Shown here in pieces: positions 1 to 14,317 of a stretch of DNA of 64,000 nt (positions are counted from its first letter, which is position 1; every line of letters begins with the position of its first letter). Location: positions 62,001 through 126,000 of the forward strand of contig NW_026515687.1 in NCBI RefSeq assembly GCF_025526975.1, given 5' to 3'. A program made the translations under genes and the position numbers. This stretch comes from Fimicolochytrium jonesii (lineage: Eukaryota). The notes below the pieces were generated by a model. The model saw only the letters and a program-made list of their open reading frames with translations, did no database searches and had not been told where the DNA came from.

Positions 1-227
1 TGCGCATTGCGCATTACCTTGCCGGTTTCGCTATCCTGTCATACATGTACGTATGTTTTCCAAGTCGCGACACGTCACTGACGCGAAGTTTGGTAATCGC
101 GTCGGCTGCACTGGACATGCATTCTGAATTTGAACCCCGTCCATAAGGGTCGGATGTGCAAACTTACGAGGTAGAAAGCAACAGCCTTCGATCAACAGTT
201 ACTCGAGGCAGGAAAAAATCTGCAAGC

Positions 228-3200
228 ATGCTCAACGCGGAGAGCATCTTGCCAGATCCTCCTGGTCAGCAGGGGGGCCTCGCAAACAGCGCCGCCCGAC
301 CCTCACCAATGGTACCGAGGTCTTCTGATACCAGCGGAACCGGCCTACCAAACGTTATACCCGCCAAGCGGAAATCGATTCCATACGTCCCTGGTGGACC
401 CGAAGAGGAACACGCTCTACAGCGCGCTAGCGCACTGAAAGGGCGTCTATATACCGTCGTCAAGAAGGGCGAAGTCCCCCGCTTCGATGTCAAGCGTGTC
501 GATCCAAAACGGGGTGGGGCAGCAGCAGCAGCAGCACATCGCTTCGGCTCCGGGGCGAGGTTGGAGCCGATAGAAGCGCATGAGATTGGACGATCTGATG
601 GGGCGGGTGCACGTTTAGGAGGGAAAACTACAGATGCATCGCGACTGCGAGCGAGACAGGCGCAGGTTATCCCGGCCAGTTCGGCCCGGTCTCATTCAGC
701 GAGGCGGATGCTTGATAGGGCAAGACAAATTGTTGGAATGGAGGAGATGACTCCGGCGCAGGCCAACCAGGCTGTCGAACTCGGAAAGCCTGCACTTAAC
801 GTGATTCCACCCATCGCTGGTGATGTTGACCGGGAAGATGACTCCAAACGTTTGAGGGTGTCAGGAGTTGCGGATGATGGCTCTGATCGGGAACTAGTCT
901 CCCGGCAGCGGTCCGGGACCGTGGCAATTGAAGACGAGACGCAGAAACGACATGCGAAAGAGCTATTTGCATACATCAAACATCTCGAGAATCATCCGCA
1001 GGGCAAGGAATTCCAATATATGAACCCAATAAAGACGTCGGTGAAACGGGGTCAACCGACGTTTAATCCATATAATCTGCAACTAGTAGAATATGCCGAC
1101 ACGGATAAGACGGAGGGATACTATACCATAAGTGCAGCGGTAAGCCCATACTTTTGCCTGGCTTATCGTTCGTCCATTCTTGTTAGCTGATGCATATTCC
1201 ACTAGGGGGTGACTCATTTCGATGTTCATGGGCACGGCGACTTTACGCCTCTTGCGCAATGGAAACGCGAATACGATCTTTTCCACTCTCTCCTTCGCAT
1301 TCCATTTTTCGGACACTACCGACTGTGGAAATGCTTCTCCCAATGGCGCAAAACGGTTTTGCAAACCAAAATCGCGCAGATTCGTCGGAGATTGGCAAAG
1401 AACTTGTTTGTTGTGCATCCAATCTTGCGCACGGCACTACTCAAGATTCGCGCTTGCTGCGTTGATATCGTCCTGACGAAGAGGCTGGTCAAGATCGAGC
1501 CAGATAGAAGCTATGAGCTTCTGGACTTCGTGCGCGAGCAGAAGGACTGGATTGATCAAATTAGTGGTGGCACACTGAAGGAATGGGAAGATCAAATCCG
1601 GAAGCTGGTGGAGGACGCCGGAGTGGCTTGTTTGAAGGAGAAGGGTTTCGATGTACAGATCGATCAAGAAGAAGGCGAGGAGGAAGAGAGCATGGAGGTT
1701 ACGGAGCAAGCAGTGCCGGACGTAGACGCTCCTGTCTTGGCTATAGTCAAGAAGGCTGAGGGAGAAGTCGCCGAGCCGCGAAAGCTGACTTACACGGAAC
1801 AAGCAGCGCGGCGAACAGAATGCCGCAGACTGCAACGCTTTGTCAAATTGGCAGATTACATGATCGTGACAACCTTGCATCTGCTCACACTGGAAAGCGT
1901 GCGTGATCTGCTTCGCTTTGTTTTCAAGGGCTGCGTTGATGCCGACGTCGAGGTAGATGGCGCTGGGGGCGGAACCATTACCATCAGCGATCCCGCCATG
2001 CTTGGCGAGAGTGATGGCATGCTGCTTTTGCAAGAAGAGGCAGACAACAAGAACAAGCGCACGTTAGAGCGGACGGCATCATCCAACGGAGTTGACATGG
2101 TTGGCCTGGGTGCCGGAGGAGTCGTGCAAGTGGGCGGAGCTGTCGTCGGTGAGAACATCGGAACCGGCGAGATCGGCGAGGCGGGCTTTGAAGGATTCTT
2201 CAATATCCTCAGCAAAATCGTCCGGCAAAGCATCCCGGCAACAGAGCTCATCGAGGTGATTGAGGAGACCGGCCCAACAAACACGGGTGGTGACATGATG
2301 GACATTGACCTCCCGGAGCGTCCATCTCTCGGAGAGACAGCAGCCAGATCCGCGCAAGTGGCTGATAAGACTGGTAAAGATGCTGGAAAGCACAGTCAAA
2401 CGGACAGTGGCGCAAAATACCATCCGCTGTTCAGAAATGAGCTCCTATTGCAGCTCGCCACTGCCACCCGCAACTTGTATTTCGCCCCGTCGCTCCCGGA
2501 TTTCTTGACGGCGGTCGACATTTTGTTCAAATCTTACCTGGGCATCATTGACAAAGTGGACCTCCTTACAAACACCATCGAATATCTGGATCCAGCCAAT
2601 GTTGCTGGAGGAGCCTACTCATCTGTGCGCGGTCTCGAAGAGGGCGAGTACGGGGAGGGACCACAGATTACCGCCATAGTCAGTGATGGCGCTTACTTTC
2701 GGGAACTCTGCGGTAGGATTCGAGGCGTCCTCGTCGGAGTTTTCGCCAATGCATCAGAATGGATGCAGACATGGGAAGAAGTTCGAAATATGTGGGTGGA
2801 GAATGAAGGGTTCGATACTCTCTCATCGTTGGAGGCAGCTGCGGGACCGGTCGCCATACTCTTTGCAACAGCTGGCGAAGCCACACATGCGGAAGAAGGC
2901 GGGATTGCCAATATTCTGCTGAAGCGCTATGCGGAAAGGGAAATCCCTGCGGAAACCGCTCCTGAGACCCAAACGGAAAGCAAGCCCGAAGTGAAAACGG
3001 AAGGCGCATCAGAAACCGCTGAGGCCGGAGAAGGTGGAGCAGAAGCTAAAGAGCCGACCATTCTTGAGCTCGGCTCGACTATCCTTACCAAAGCCGATGG
3101 AACCACCTACTCGCCAGTGGTGGAATTCTTCGAACATCATCTAGCCAAATTCGCACTTCAACGCCAGAAAACTGCTGCCATTCCAATCACGTCAACAATC

Positions 3201-6200
3201 AATAACTTGATGGTCGACACGACAAAGCTGAAAAGCATACTGGTCCCCAGTCCCGAACGGTGCTTCTCGGAGGTAGCTAGCTTTCTTCCTGGCTTGTCCA
3301 GAGACAAGAACGAGCTGCTTCTGAACGAAGTTCAAGTATGGGTCCGAACGCTCAATACCCAGCCTGCGAACGTAGAGGGCTTCGTCGAGTACCTTGGATG
3401 GTTGGAGAAAGTCAAGGGATCGATGCCATTAGTCGAACAGCTGTATGATGAAGTCTCAAGGCTGTACAAGTTGATGGAGCAATACAAGATCAGCATCCAA
3501 CCGACGGACCTTGCCATGTACCAGACCCTTGGCCCAACCCTCCGTCAGTTGAAAGAGGTTGTAGACATGGCTTCCGACACCAAGGATGAGAACATCTCCA
3601 GGTTCTCTGTCGAGCTCGACAAATCTCTGAATGACTTGATGGCGGAAGTATCCGAGGTTCGGAACCGCGCACAGGACCCAATGGTTCTCAACGCCGGGGC
3701 CAAGAGTGATATGGTAATCAAGTTCCTCGAAGAACTGCGGGAGCAACTGAGTAACGTGGACGCGACGAAAGCGCGGTACGAGCAATGGGGCTTGCTCTTC
3801 AAGAGTGGAGGGAGCCTGTCAGCTGTTCCTAAGGGCGTGGCCGAAGGAAAGCAGCCAGCGCCCGGGCTACCTACTAAGGGCGGGGATCTGGAGGAAACAA
3901 AGGCTGAGGTCAACATGAAGCGAACCCTGTGGATGAGCTTGAAAGATTGGGACACAATCACCAAGTAAGTATCTAAAGCATTTTTGCAGCAAAGAAGACA
4001 GTGTTGCTCATCAACACATCACACAGGCGCTGGCGCGAGGGTGCATTCGAGTCTCTGAACACCGAGGAGATGAATGCTGATATTCAGGCATATGTGAAGA
4101 TCGTGTACAACCTTGACAAAGGGTTACCTCCAAATGAGGTTGTCCCCCGATTGAAAGCAATGGTCGATGAATACCGAGGTCTTTATGCCACCATTGTAGA
4201 TCTCCGAAATCCGGCTCTGAAGGCGCGGCATTGGGAAAAAATTCAAGATGCCCTCGGCAAAGTGCTTGTCCGAGACGAGACGTTCACCTTGGAGAAGCTG
4301 ATGGAGCTGCGCGTCTTCGACTTCAAGGATGAAATCAGCAACGTTTCTAGCCAAGCCGGTTCCGAGGCGGCCCTCGAGGAAATGTTGGGCAAAGTTGTGA
4401 AAACTTGGAACGAGGTGGAATTTGTCGTTGCAGCGTATCGCGACGCTAAGGATGTGTTCATTCTGGGATCGGTTGAAGACGTTCAAACACTCCTGGAAGA
4501 CAGTCAAGTCACCATTGCCACCATCAAGAGTTCACGCTTCATCGGGCCCATCCGAGCGGAAGTGGAGCGTTGGGACAAACAGCTCAGTCTTTTTACTGAA
4601 ACCTTGGATGCTTGGCTGACGTGTCAGCGGAACTGGCTCTACTTGGAGAGCATCTTTTCTGCTCCAGACATCCAGCGTCAGCTGCCAGATGAGGCGAGAA
4701 TGTTCTCTCAGGTCGACCGCAGTTGGAAGGACACGATGCGTAAGGTTCATCGCAACCCGAACGCGATGAAATCAGGCACAACACCAGGATTGCTGGAGAC
4801 CATGCAACAGAACAACGTATTGCTTGACCAGATTCAGAAATGCTTGGAAGATTATCTCGAGAGCAAGCGCCTTCTATTCCCTCGTTTCTACTTCCTATCC
4901 AATGAGGAACTCCTCGAAATCCTTTCGCAGACGCGTAACCCGCAAGCAGTTCAACCGCATCTCAGCAAATGTTTCGATGCGATCAAGTCTCTCGAATTTT
5001 CGTCTACTGATCCTAAGAGCATTGATATAAATGCCATGAACAGTCCGGAAGGAGAAAAAGTTGCATTCCTGAAGACCATCAAAGCGCGCGGAAACGTGGA
5101 AGCCTGGCTCGGCAACGTGGAAGAGGGAATGGTGGCTGTCCTGAGGAGGCTAGTCAAGCAAGCGCTCGCCGAGTTCGAAGATGGAAAACGGTCTGATTGG
5201 GTGAGAGAGCATGTTGGCCAAGTGGTGCTCACGGGAAATCAAATCCTTTGGACCCGGGATGTCTCCGAATGTCTGAAAACGGCCAACGCGGTAAAGGCGC
5301 TCCAAGCTTTCAAGGATAAGTGCATCAAGGTAGGTTCAACAATTGGCTAGTAAAATTGCTCCGACTCCCAATCTCAGCCGTTCTTCTGTAGAACTTGTCT
5401 GGCGTTGCCGCACTCGTGCGTGGAGAATTGACCAAAATCCAACGAGGCATTTTGGGTGCTCTCATCACGATGGATGTTCATAATCGTGACATCGTTCAGG
5501 GTTTGATCGACGCAGGCGTAACAGGGATGGGGGATTTCGAATGGACAAAACAGCAGAGATACTACTGGGACGTAGATAACGACACTTGCCTCGTGAAGAT
5601 GTCCACTTCTACGTTCATCTATGGATACGAGTATCTTGGCTGCTCGCCGCGGCTCGTCATTACACCTCTCACGGATCGCTGCTATCTGACATTGACCGGT
5701 GCTATGCAACTGAACCTTGGTGGCTCCCCACTTGGTCCGGCCGGGACGGGGAAGACTGAAACTGTCAAGGATTTGGCCAAAGCTCTAGCTCGGCAATGTG
5801 TTGTGTATAACTGCTCGGACGGCATGGACTACAAGATGATGGGCAAAATGTTTGCGGGACTTGCACAATCAGGAGCCTGGTGCTGTTTCGACGAGTTCAA
5901 TCGGATTGACATTGAGGTCTTGTCCGTCATCGCACAACAGCTTCTGACCATCAAGAACGCAAAGGACATGAAGGCCACGCGGTTTATGTTTGAAAGCAGG
6001 GAGATCCGGCTGATTGACACATGCACTGCATTCATCACGATGAATCCTGGATATGCGGGAAGACAGGAGCTCCCGGACAATCTCAAGGCACTTTTCCGGC
6101 CCATTGCCATGATGATCCCAGATTACGGCCTCATCGCGGAGATCATGCTGTTCTCCGAAGGGTTCGAGAACGCGAAAGTGCTGGCTGGAAAGGTAGTCAA

Positions 6201-9200
6201 TCTGTACAAATTATGTTCCGAGCAGCTATCTCAACAGGATCACTACGACTTTGGAATGAGAGCCGTAAAGTCGGTCCTCACAATGGCCGGCGCACTAAAG
6301 CGAAATAACCCGGAGCTCAGCGAAGAGGGCGTCCTCATCCGCGCTCTGAGAGATTCGAACTTGCCCAAGTTCTTGGCGGAGGACATTGGACTTTTCCGGG
6401 GTATTCTTTCGGACTTGTTCCCTGGAATCATCATTGTAGAGCAAGATTATGGAGCTTTGGTAGCCACAATCAAGGAAGTCATTATCGAGCGCAAGATGGA
6501 AGTGGTCGATAGTTTTGTCACCCGTATTTGCCAACTTTACGAAACGAACAAAATCAGGCACGGTGTTATGTTGGTCGGCCCGACAGGAGGTGGCAAAACT
6601 GCCTGCTATGAGATCTTGCAGGAAGCCTGCAACAGATTAAAGGAGCGCGCTGTGGCGGAGTTCCAAGCTATCAAGACTTGGGTCCTCAATCCAAAGGTAC
6701 TTTCACTGTTGTGTTATGTTCCAAACGCTATAGCGGCTAACTTGGGTCTACCAGTGCATATCCATGACGGAGCTCTACGGTGAATTCAATCTTGCCACGA
6801 TGGAATGGAAGGACGGGCTTATCGGTTACATATTCCGACAGCAAGTCCAAGACAACAGCTTAGACGAGAAGTGGACTGTGTGCGATGGACCGGTTGATGC
6901 TCTTTGGATCGAGAACATGAACACCGTTCTAGATGATAATAAGCTTCTCACGCTGATCAATGGCGAGCGCATCAAAATGAACAACACGATGCACATGCTG
7001 TTCGAAGTCGCCGACCTCGCAGTTGCGTCACCTGCGACAGTCAGTCGATGCGGAATGGTCTACATGGATCCCACCAATCTTGGGTGGCGCTCTTACATTC
7101 GGAAGTGGATGGCCCAGTTGCCTGCAAATGTCAGCGAAGACCTCAAAAATATGTTCTGGGGCTTCTTTGACGTGTATGTCGATCCTGGTCTTCGCTTCAT
7201 TCGCAAGCAATGTCAGGAGTACATCAAGTCTGTTGATCTGAATCTCGTGCAAAGCCTTAGCAAGCTCTTGCTTACCTTCATCGTTCGCAAGGAGGTGGAT
7301 CTGACAAGGTCAATAGCCGATGTCAGAGCCTTGTTCTCCAACCTCTTCGTCTTTTGCTACGTCTGGGCACTGGGAGGCAACTTGGCCGACGGCTTCCATG
7401 ACACATTTGACACTTTTGTTCGCGATCTCATCGACGCAAACCCAATTCCAGATGTACAGCTGCCTTCGGCAAACAACATGTTCTGCTACTACGTAGATTT
7501 GAAGACGAAGTCTTTCGCCTTATGGGATGATCTGGTGCCGGCCTTCAAGTACACACAAGACGTTCCTTTCTTTCAAATGACAGTTCCTACAAGCGACACG
7601 GTGAAGTACGAGTACTTCCTGGAAGCGTTGCTGATGAACGGATTTCCAACCATGTTTACGGGAAACACGGGTGTGGGAAAATCGATTATCGTCCAAAGTC
7701 TCTTGAACCGTTGCTGCAAGACTTATGGCTGGGTACCGGTCGCGCTCAACTTCTCTGCACAAACGAATAGTGCGCAAACGCAGCAAATCATGGAGCTCAA
7801 GCTCGAAAAGAAGCGGAAGAACATCATGGGGGCCCCCACCGGGTTCAACAAGATCATTCTCTTCGTCGACGATCTCAATATGCCGAAGTTGGATACTTAT
7901 GGATCTCAGCCTCCGATCGAGCTTCTTCGGCAATACCTTGACTTCCACGGCTTTTACGACCGGGAGAAACTCACATGGAAGGCCGTGGAAGATATTGAGA
8001 TAGTAGCCGCTTGCGCACCGCCTGGAGGAGGACGTAACAATGTGACACCGCGCCTTTTGCGCCACTTCAACCTCTTCAACATTCCGGCACCCAGTGAGCT
8101 AACGCTGGGCAAGATTTTCCGTGCAATCGTGGAAGGCTTCTTGCGAAATGGTTTTGTGCCAGAAGTAAAAGGCGTGGGCGATGCCATCGTCAACTCTTCT
8201 ATCGAGATCTACCACAGGATGTGCGCTGAGCTGTTGCCCACACCTGCAAAATCGCACTACACGTTTAACTTGAGAGATCTATCGAGGGTAGTGCAAGGTG
8301 TCCTGCAAGCCCGGCCACAGGTGGTGCAAAACAAGCTTGACATCGTAAAAGTCTTCTGCCACGAAGCCTCTCGCGTGTTCCATGATCGTTTGATTGACGA
8401 ATCGGACAGGTCGTATTTCAATAAGCTTCTTTCGGAGCTGGTTGAGAAGAACTTCGGAGTCGCTATTCCGAAGGAGACGCTTACCCAGAAGCCGATCTTG
8501 TTCGGTGACTTTGGAAAGCGAGGCGTACCTCCAGAGGATAGGCTGTACGTCGAGATGGCGGATATGAAGGTCATGAACACTCTCCTAGAGGAATATCTGG
8601 AGGAATACAATGTCACAAACAACAAGGACGTGCGCCTCATCTTCTTCATGGATGCGAAGCAGCACATCACCAGAATCAACCGCATCATTCGCCAGCCGCG
8701 CGGAAATGCCCTATTAGTTGGTGTCGGCGGAACGGGCAAGCAATCCTTAACCCGGCTTGCATGCCACATTTCAGATTACCAGTGCATACAAATCGAGTTG
8801 ACTAGAACGTATGGTCAGACCGAATGGCGCGAGGACATCAAGAGACTATATCGATTGGCGGGCCAGGATGGGAAGAATACGGTATTCCTGTTGTCCGACA
8901 CGCAAATCAAAACGGAGACCTTCCTCGAGGATATCAATAACATCCTCAACTCCGGGGAAGTGCCAAACTTGTTCGAATTTGATGAGAGGGAGAAGATTCT
9001 GGGCGAATTGAGGTCGGTCTGTAGGGAAAAGGGTCTACCAGAAGATCGCGACAGTGTGTATCAGTTCTTCATCAACCGTGTTCGGGACAACCTCCACATT
9101 GTCTTTGCGACGAGTCCTGTCGGTGATACATTCAGGACTCGATGCAGGATGTTCCCGTCGCTGGTGAACTGCTGTACGATTGATTGGTTCGATGAATGGC

Positions 9201-12200
9201 CGCGGGAAGCTTTGCTGTCCGTGTCTCGTCGGTTCTTGGAGTTCGTAGACCTCGGGTCAAATGCGATGAAGGAAAAGATTGCAGAAATGTGTGTGGACAT
9301 TCACGAGTCCGTCGGACTGCTAGCGCAGAAGTTCTGGGACGAACTGCGTCGTCGGTACTACACCACGCCGACGTCGTACCTCGAGCTCATCAACCTCTAC
9401 ACGGCCATGTTGCAAGAGAAGCGAAAGGAGCTGGGCTCCTCCCGTGATCGACTTCGCAATGGTCTGAACAAGTTACTGGAGACAAACGAGCTGGTGGCAA
9501 ATATGCAGGTGGAGCTCGAGCAATTGGGGCCGGAACTGAAGCAGAGGGCACAGGACACTGAGGTGCTGATGGTGAAGATCGGAAAGGATCAGGAAACCGC
9601 TGATGGCGTCCGAAAAGTCGTTTCTGAAGAAGAGACAGTGGTCCGAGCAAAAGCCAATGAGACTGAAGCAATCGCAGCTGAAGCGCAAAGGGACCTCGAT
9701 GAAGCTCTCCCGGCATTGAACGCCGCCTACAAGGCTTTGGATGCCTTGGATAAGAAAGATATTGCAGAGTTGAAGGTGTTTACCAAACCTCCAGATGCAG
9801 TGCTCATGGTGATGGAAGCCATTTGTACCCTATTCAAGACTAAGGCGGATTGGGACGGTTCAAAAAAGCTTCTTGGAGATCCTCAATTCATGAAGAAGAT
9901 GGCTGAGTTCGACAAAGACAACATCGAGCCAGCTGTTTCGAAAAAGCTGAAGAAGTACATCGAGAATCCGAACTTCAATCCAGACGCTGTAGAGAAAGTT
10001 TCAAAAGCATGTAAAAGCATGTGTATGTGGGTCATCGCGATGGATCTCTATTCGCGAGTGAACCGAGAAGTCGCGCCAAAGCGGAAGCGCCTGGAGGAGG
10101 CTGCTGTAGCCTTGGAATCAACGCGGGCCAAGTTGGCTGAGAAGGCGGCGGCGTTGGCAGAAGTGGAAAATCAGCTTGCCAAGCTCAAGGCTCAGTACGA
10201 GGACTCCATCGCCAGCAAGCGTGAGCTCGTCGAAAAGATGGAAGAAACAACGCGACGTTTGGCGCGTGCCGGGAAGCTCACCACAGCTCTGGCTGATGAA
10301 CAAGTACGATGGGCGGAGTCCGTCGAGAAGTTGAATCAGCAAATAGAGGATCTCGTTGGAAACATCTTCCTGAGTGCAGCCTGTGTGGCGTACTTCGGCG
10401 CCTTTACATCGACGTTCCGCGCTGAACTAGTAGCGGGATGGATTAAAAGATGTCAAGAAATCGGCATCCCCGTTTCCGAAAACTTCAATCTATTCGACAA
10501 TCTGGCGGATCCTGCCGTCGTCAGAGATTGGAATATCCAAGGGCTGCCAGCTGATCCGCTTTCCACGGAGAACGGCATCTTGGTGACGAGGGGACGACGA
10601 TGGCCTCTTATGATCGATCCGCAGGGTCAAGCTAACAGATGGATCAAAGCAATGGAAGGCAACGAGCTGAAGATTGTGAAGCTTAGCGATCCAAAGTTTT
10701 TGAGATCGTTGGAAAATGCAGTCAGGACAGGTCAGCCTGTTCTCATGGAAGATGTCGGCGAACAGCTCGATCCATCACTCGAGCCACTGCTCTTGAAGCA
10801 GACGGTGAGACAGGGAGGTCGACTTCTGATCAAGCTTGGAGACTCCTTCGTGGAGTATGACCGCAATTTCAAGCTCTACATCACGACCAAGCTCGCCAAC
10901 CCACATTACTTACCGGAAGTCTGTATCAAAGTCACAATCATCAACTTCACGGTCACGAAGGTTGGATTGGAAGGACAGCTCTTAGCAGATGTCGTGCGCT
11001 TGGAACGTCCTGAGTTGGAAGAGCAGCGGAACACATTGATCGTCAACATTGCAGCTGACAGGAAGGCGTTGAAAGACATTGAGGAGCGCATCCTGAAGTT
11101 GCTTTTCAATTCTCAAGGCAACATTCTGGATGACGAGGAGCTGATCAACACCCTGAACCAATCCAAGGTCACCTCTGCTGCTATCAAGGAGCGTGTGGCG
11201 CAGGCCGAAGTCACTGAGAAGGAAATTAACATCGCTCGTGAGAAGTACCGACCAGTAGCTATCCGAGGCTCGGTTCTTTATTTCGTGATTGCGGATCTTG
11301 CTGGGATCGATTCGATGTATCAGTTTTCCCTTAAGTACTTCAAGAACTTGTTTTCCACATGTATCCAGCACTCCGAGAAAGCCAACGACCTTCAAAAGCG
11401 GATCGAGATTCTATGCAAGACCACAACCTATAGCACGTTCGCGAACGTCTCCAGGGGCTTGTTCGAACAGCACAAAATGGCATATTCGTTCATGATCTGC
11501 GTTCAAATCCTTCGGGAAAGCAAAGCCATTCTCGACTACGAGTGGAACTTCCTGCTTCGCGGCGGAGGTGGAATGCTAGGTTCAGACCTGCCTTCAAAAC
11601 CCAATGTCAGATGGCTCTCGAACGGGATGTGGGAGAATCTGTGCGATCTAGCGCGAACGATTCCCGAATTTGGCTACGCCATCGAACATCTGCAGATGTA
11701 CACCATGGAGTGGGAGGCCATCGTCGAATCTGACAATCCTTATAGCATGCCAATACCGGGAGGGGCCGAGAACCAATTGACCGATTTCCAGCGATTGCTT
11801 TTGATCAAAGTGCTTCGTGAAGAGAAGGTTGTGCCTGCTTGCGTCGAATTCGTCAAGAAGAATCTTGGACAGGAGTTCATCGACATACCACCGCTCGACC
11901 TGGCGGTCGCCTACAAGGACATCGACAACCGCACACCCTTCATCTTCATTCTCTCGACGGGCTCAGATCCCGTGTCCGCGTTGATGAAGTTCGCGGCGTC
12001 CAAGGAATTGAACATGCAAGATCGCCTCCACATGATCTCTCTAGGACAAGGCCAAGGACCGATTGCCGAGCAGCTGTTGCGGCGGGCAATGGCATGCGGA
12101 GACTGGGTGTTCTTGCAAAACTGTCACTTGGCAGCGTCGTGGATGAGCCGTCTGGAGACAATCGTGAAGGAGTTCTCGCAGCCAGATGCAGAAATCCACG

Positions 12201-14092
12201 AAAACTTCCGCATCTTCCTATCGTCAATGCCTTCGAAGGTGTTCCCCATCGCGGTACTGCAAGACGGTGTGAAGGTGACCAACGAGCCACCCAAAGGCCT
12301 AAAAGCGAACGTGGCACGAAGCTTCGCTGACATCTCCCGCGACCTGTTCGATGAACATCCCCCCCAAGGACCACGGTTCCGCAAACTTCTGTTCGGTGTC
12401 TGCTTCTTCAATGCCGTGATTCAAGAGCGTAAAAAGTTCGGACCGCTGGGATGGAATATCTTGTACGACTGGAGTAACTCGGACCTCGAAGTTTCCATCA
12501 CCATCCTGAAAAACATGCTTCAGGAGTCCAAGACGATACCATGGGATGCGCTATCTTACCTCACCGGCGAAATCACCTTCGGAGGCCGTGTGACGGACGA
12601 CTGGGATCGACGGACCTTGCGCTCAATTCTCGCGCGGTTCTATACACCTCAGATTCTGGATGACTCGTATAAGTTCTCGCCTTCCGGCATCTACCATGCC
12701 CCGCCCGACGGCGATCTGGCCAGCTATCGCGCGTACATCGACAGGCTTCCCTTCTCGGAGGAACCTTCAGTGTTTGGCATGCACGAGAACGCCGACATCA
12801 GCTACCAAATACAAGAGACTCGGCGGTTATTGCGATCTATTCTGGAAGTCCAGCCAAGGCTAGTTACTGCGGGCGGTGGCAAGTCCAGTGAGGAGATCGT
12901 CACAGGAATGGCAACGGCCATCTTGAACGACTGGCCGGCCCCTCTCATCTTGGAAATCCCAATAGAGGGTGAGAAGCGGCCGAAATCCGCTCGCTTCGCC
13001 GGGGGAGCACCTCCATCCGAGTCCGGCGGCTCCACGATAGACGACAGTAGCCCCAACCCCGTCCTTCTGGAGCTGTTCAAGAAGGACGAATCGGGTCGCA
13101 TGCTGAACTCGTTGAGCACCGTTCTCTCGCAAGAGGCGGTGCGATTCAACAAACTCAACAACATCGTCCGCAACTCGTTGCAGAACCTTGTGAAGGCTGT
13201 GAAAGGTCTCGTCGTTATGAGCTCGGAGCTGGAGCTGGTTTTCAAGAGTTTGCTCAACAACGAGGTACGAGTCTGCCTGATCTATTCCCATGCATTTAAG
13301 AGCCCATCCACTCACGCATCTCACATTCATCCAGGTCCCACATGCTTGGTCCGCCCACGCCTACCCCTCCCTCAAGCCGCTCGGCGCCTGGGTCAAAGAC
13401 TTCCACAAACGCATGGCCTTCATCAAGGATTGGGCCGACAACGGCCAACCCACCGCCTTCTGGCTCCCCGGCTTCTTCTTCCCACAGGGATTCCTCACAG
13501 GAGTCCTGCAGAACCACGCGCGCAAATACAATATCCCCATCGACACGCTCACGTTCTCGTATAAAGTCCTGGATTATGATGAGGGCGACCCGCGAGCGTA
13601 CGGCGGGGGCCAGCCTGCGAGTGGGAGTGATCCGTCGAGGGTTGGGACGGCGGCGTCGGATACTAGCCGCCCGATTACGGCCGCGCAATCGAGTCAGGAT
13701 GGGGTGCTGGTTCATGGGTTGTTTATGGAGGGTGCTCGATGGGATCGGGAGAAACGGTTGTTGCAGGATTCGTTTCCTATGGAGATGTATTCGGTATGTT
13801 TCTGATGTCCTTTTCCTCTACACATCAAATGTTGAGTCTAAAACTGACCACCGCTCTCTTCCGCTAACAGACAATGCCTCTCATCCGCTTCATCCCCGTT
13901 CCCACCTCGCAAGCCCAAGGCGGCTCCGGCATCTTCGTCTGCCCGCTCTACAAGACCTCCGCCCGAGCCGGCACACTCTCCACTACCGGCCATTCGACGA
14001 ACTTTGTCGTGCCGTTAAACATCCCGTCGGATCGGCCGGCTGATTATTGGATTTCCAAAGGTGTCGCGCTGCTTTGCCAGCTTAACGAATAA
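228..14092 (+). CDS. DNAH6: Axonemal (inner-arm, DNAH6-like) dynein heavy chain, 7 exons
   Basis: P-loops [24 protein letters not shown] and [18 protein letters not shown]; stalk and C-terminal [23 protein letters not shown]. ORFs join in frame via GT-AG introns 1140-1205, 3965-4026, 5330-5391, 6697-6754, 13265-13334 and 13794-13870. Start taken as ATG 228. Confidence 0.93.
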
Positions 14093-14317
14093 GGGGCAGG
14101 AGCATGGATCGCTAGGAGAGGGATGTATGTAATCTGCGTGTATATAAGAATTGTATTCTTCATAACAATATGAGAGAGATCGTTACGCCGAATTGTGTGC
14201 TATCCTGCGATCAACGCCGTTTTCTTGACAATGGACTAGGCAAAATGGGGGGGCTATTATACAAGTTATCTACAAGCTTGAAAATCGCAAGATGTCTGTT
14301 TTGCCAAGGGATTCTAT

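Noticed and set aside
156..14043. Numerous antisense and alternate-frame ORFs within the dynein gene
   Set aside because: Shadow ORFs of GC-rich coding sequence with no recognisable motifs.
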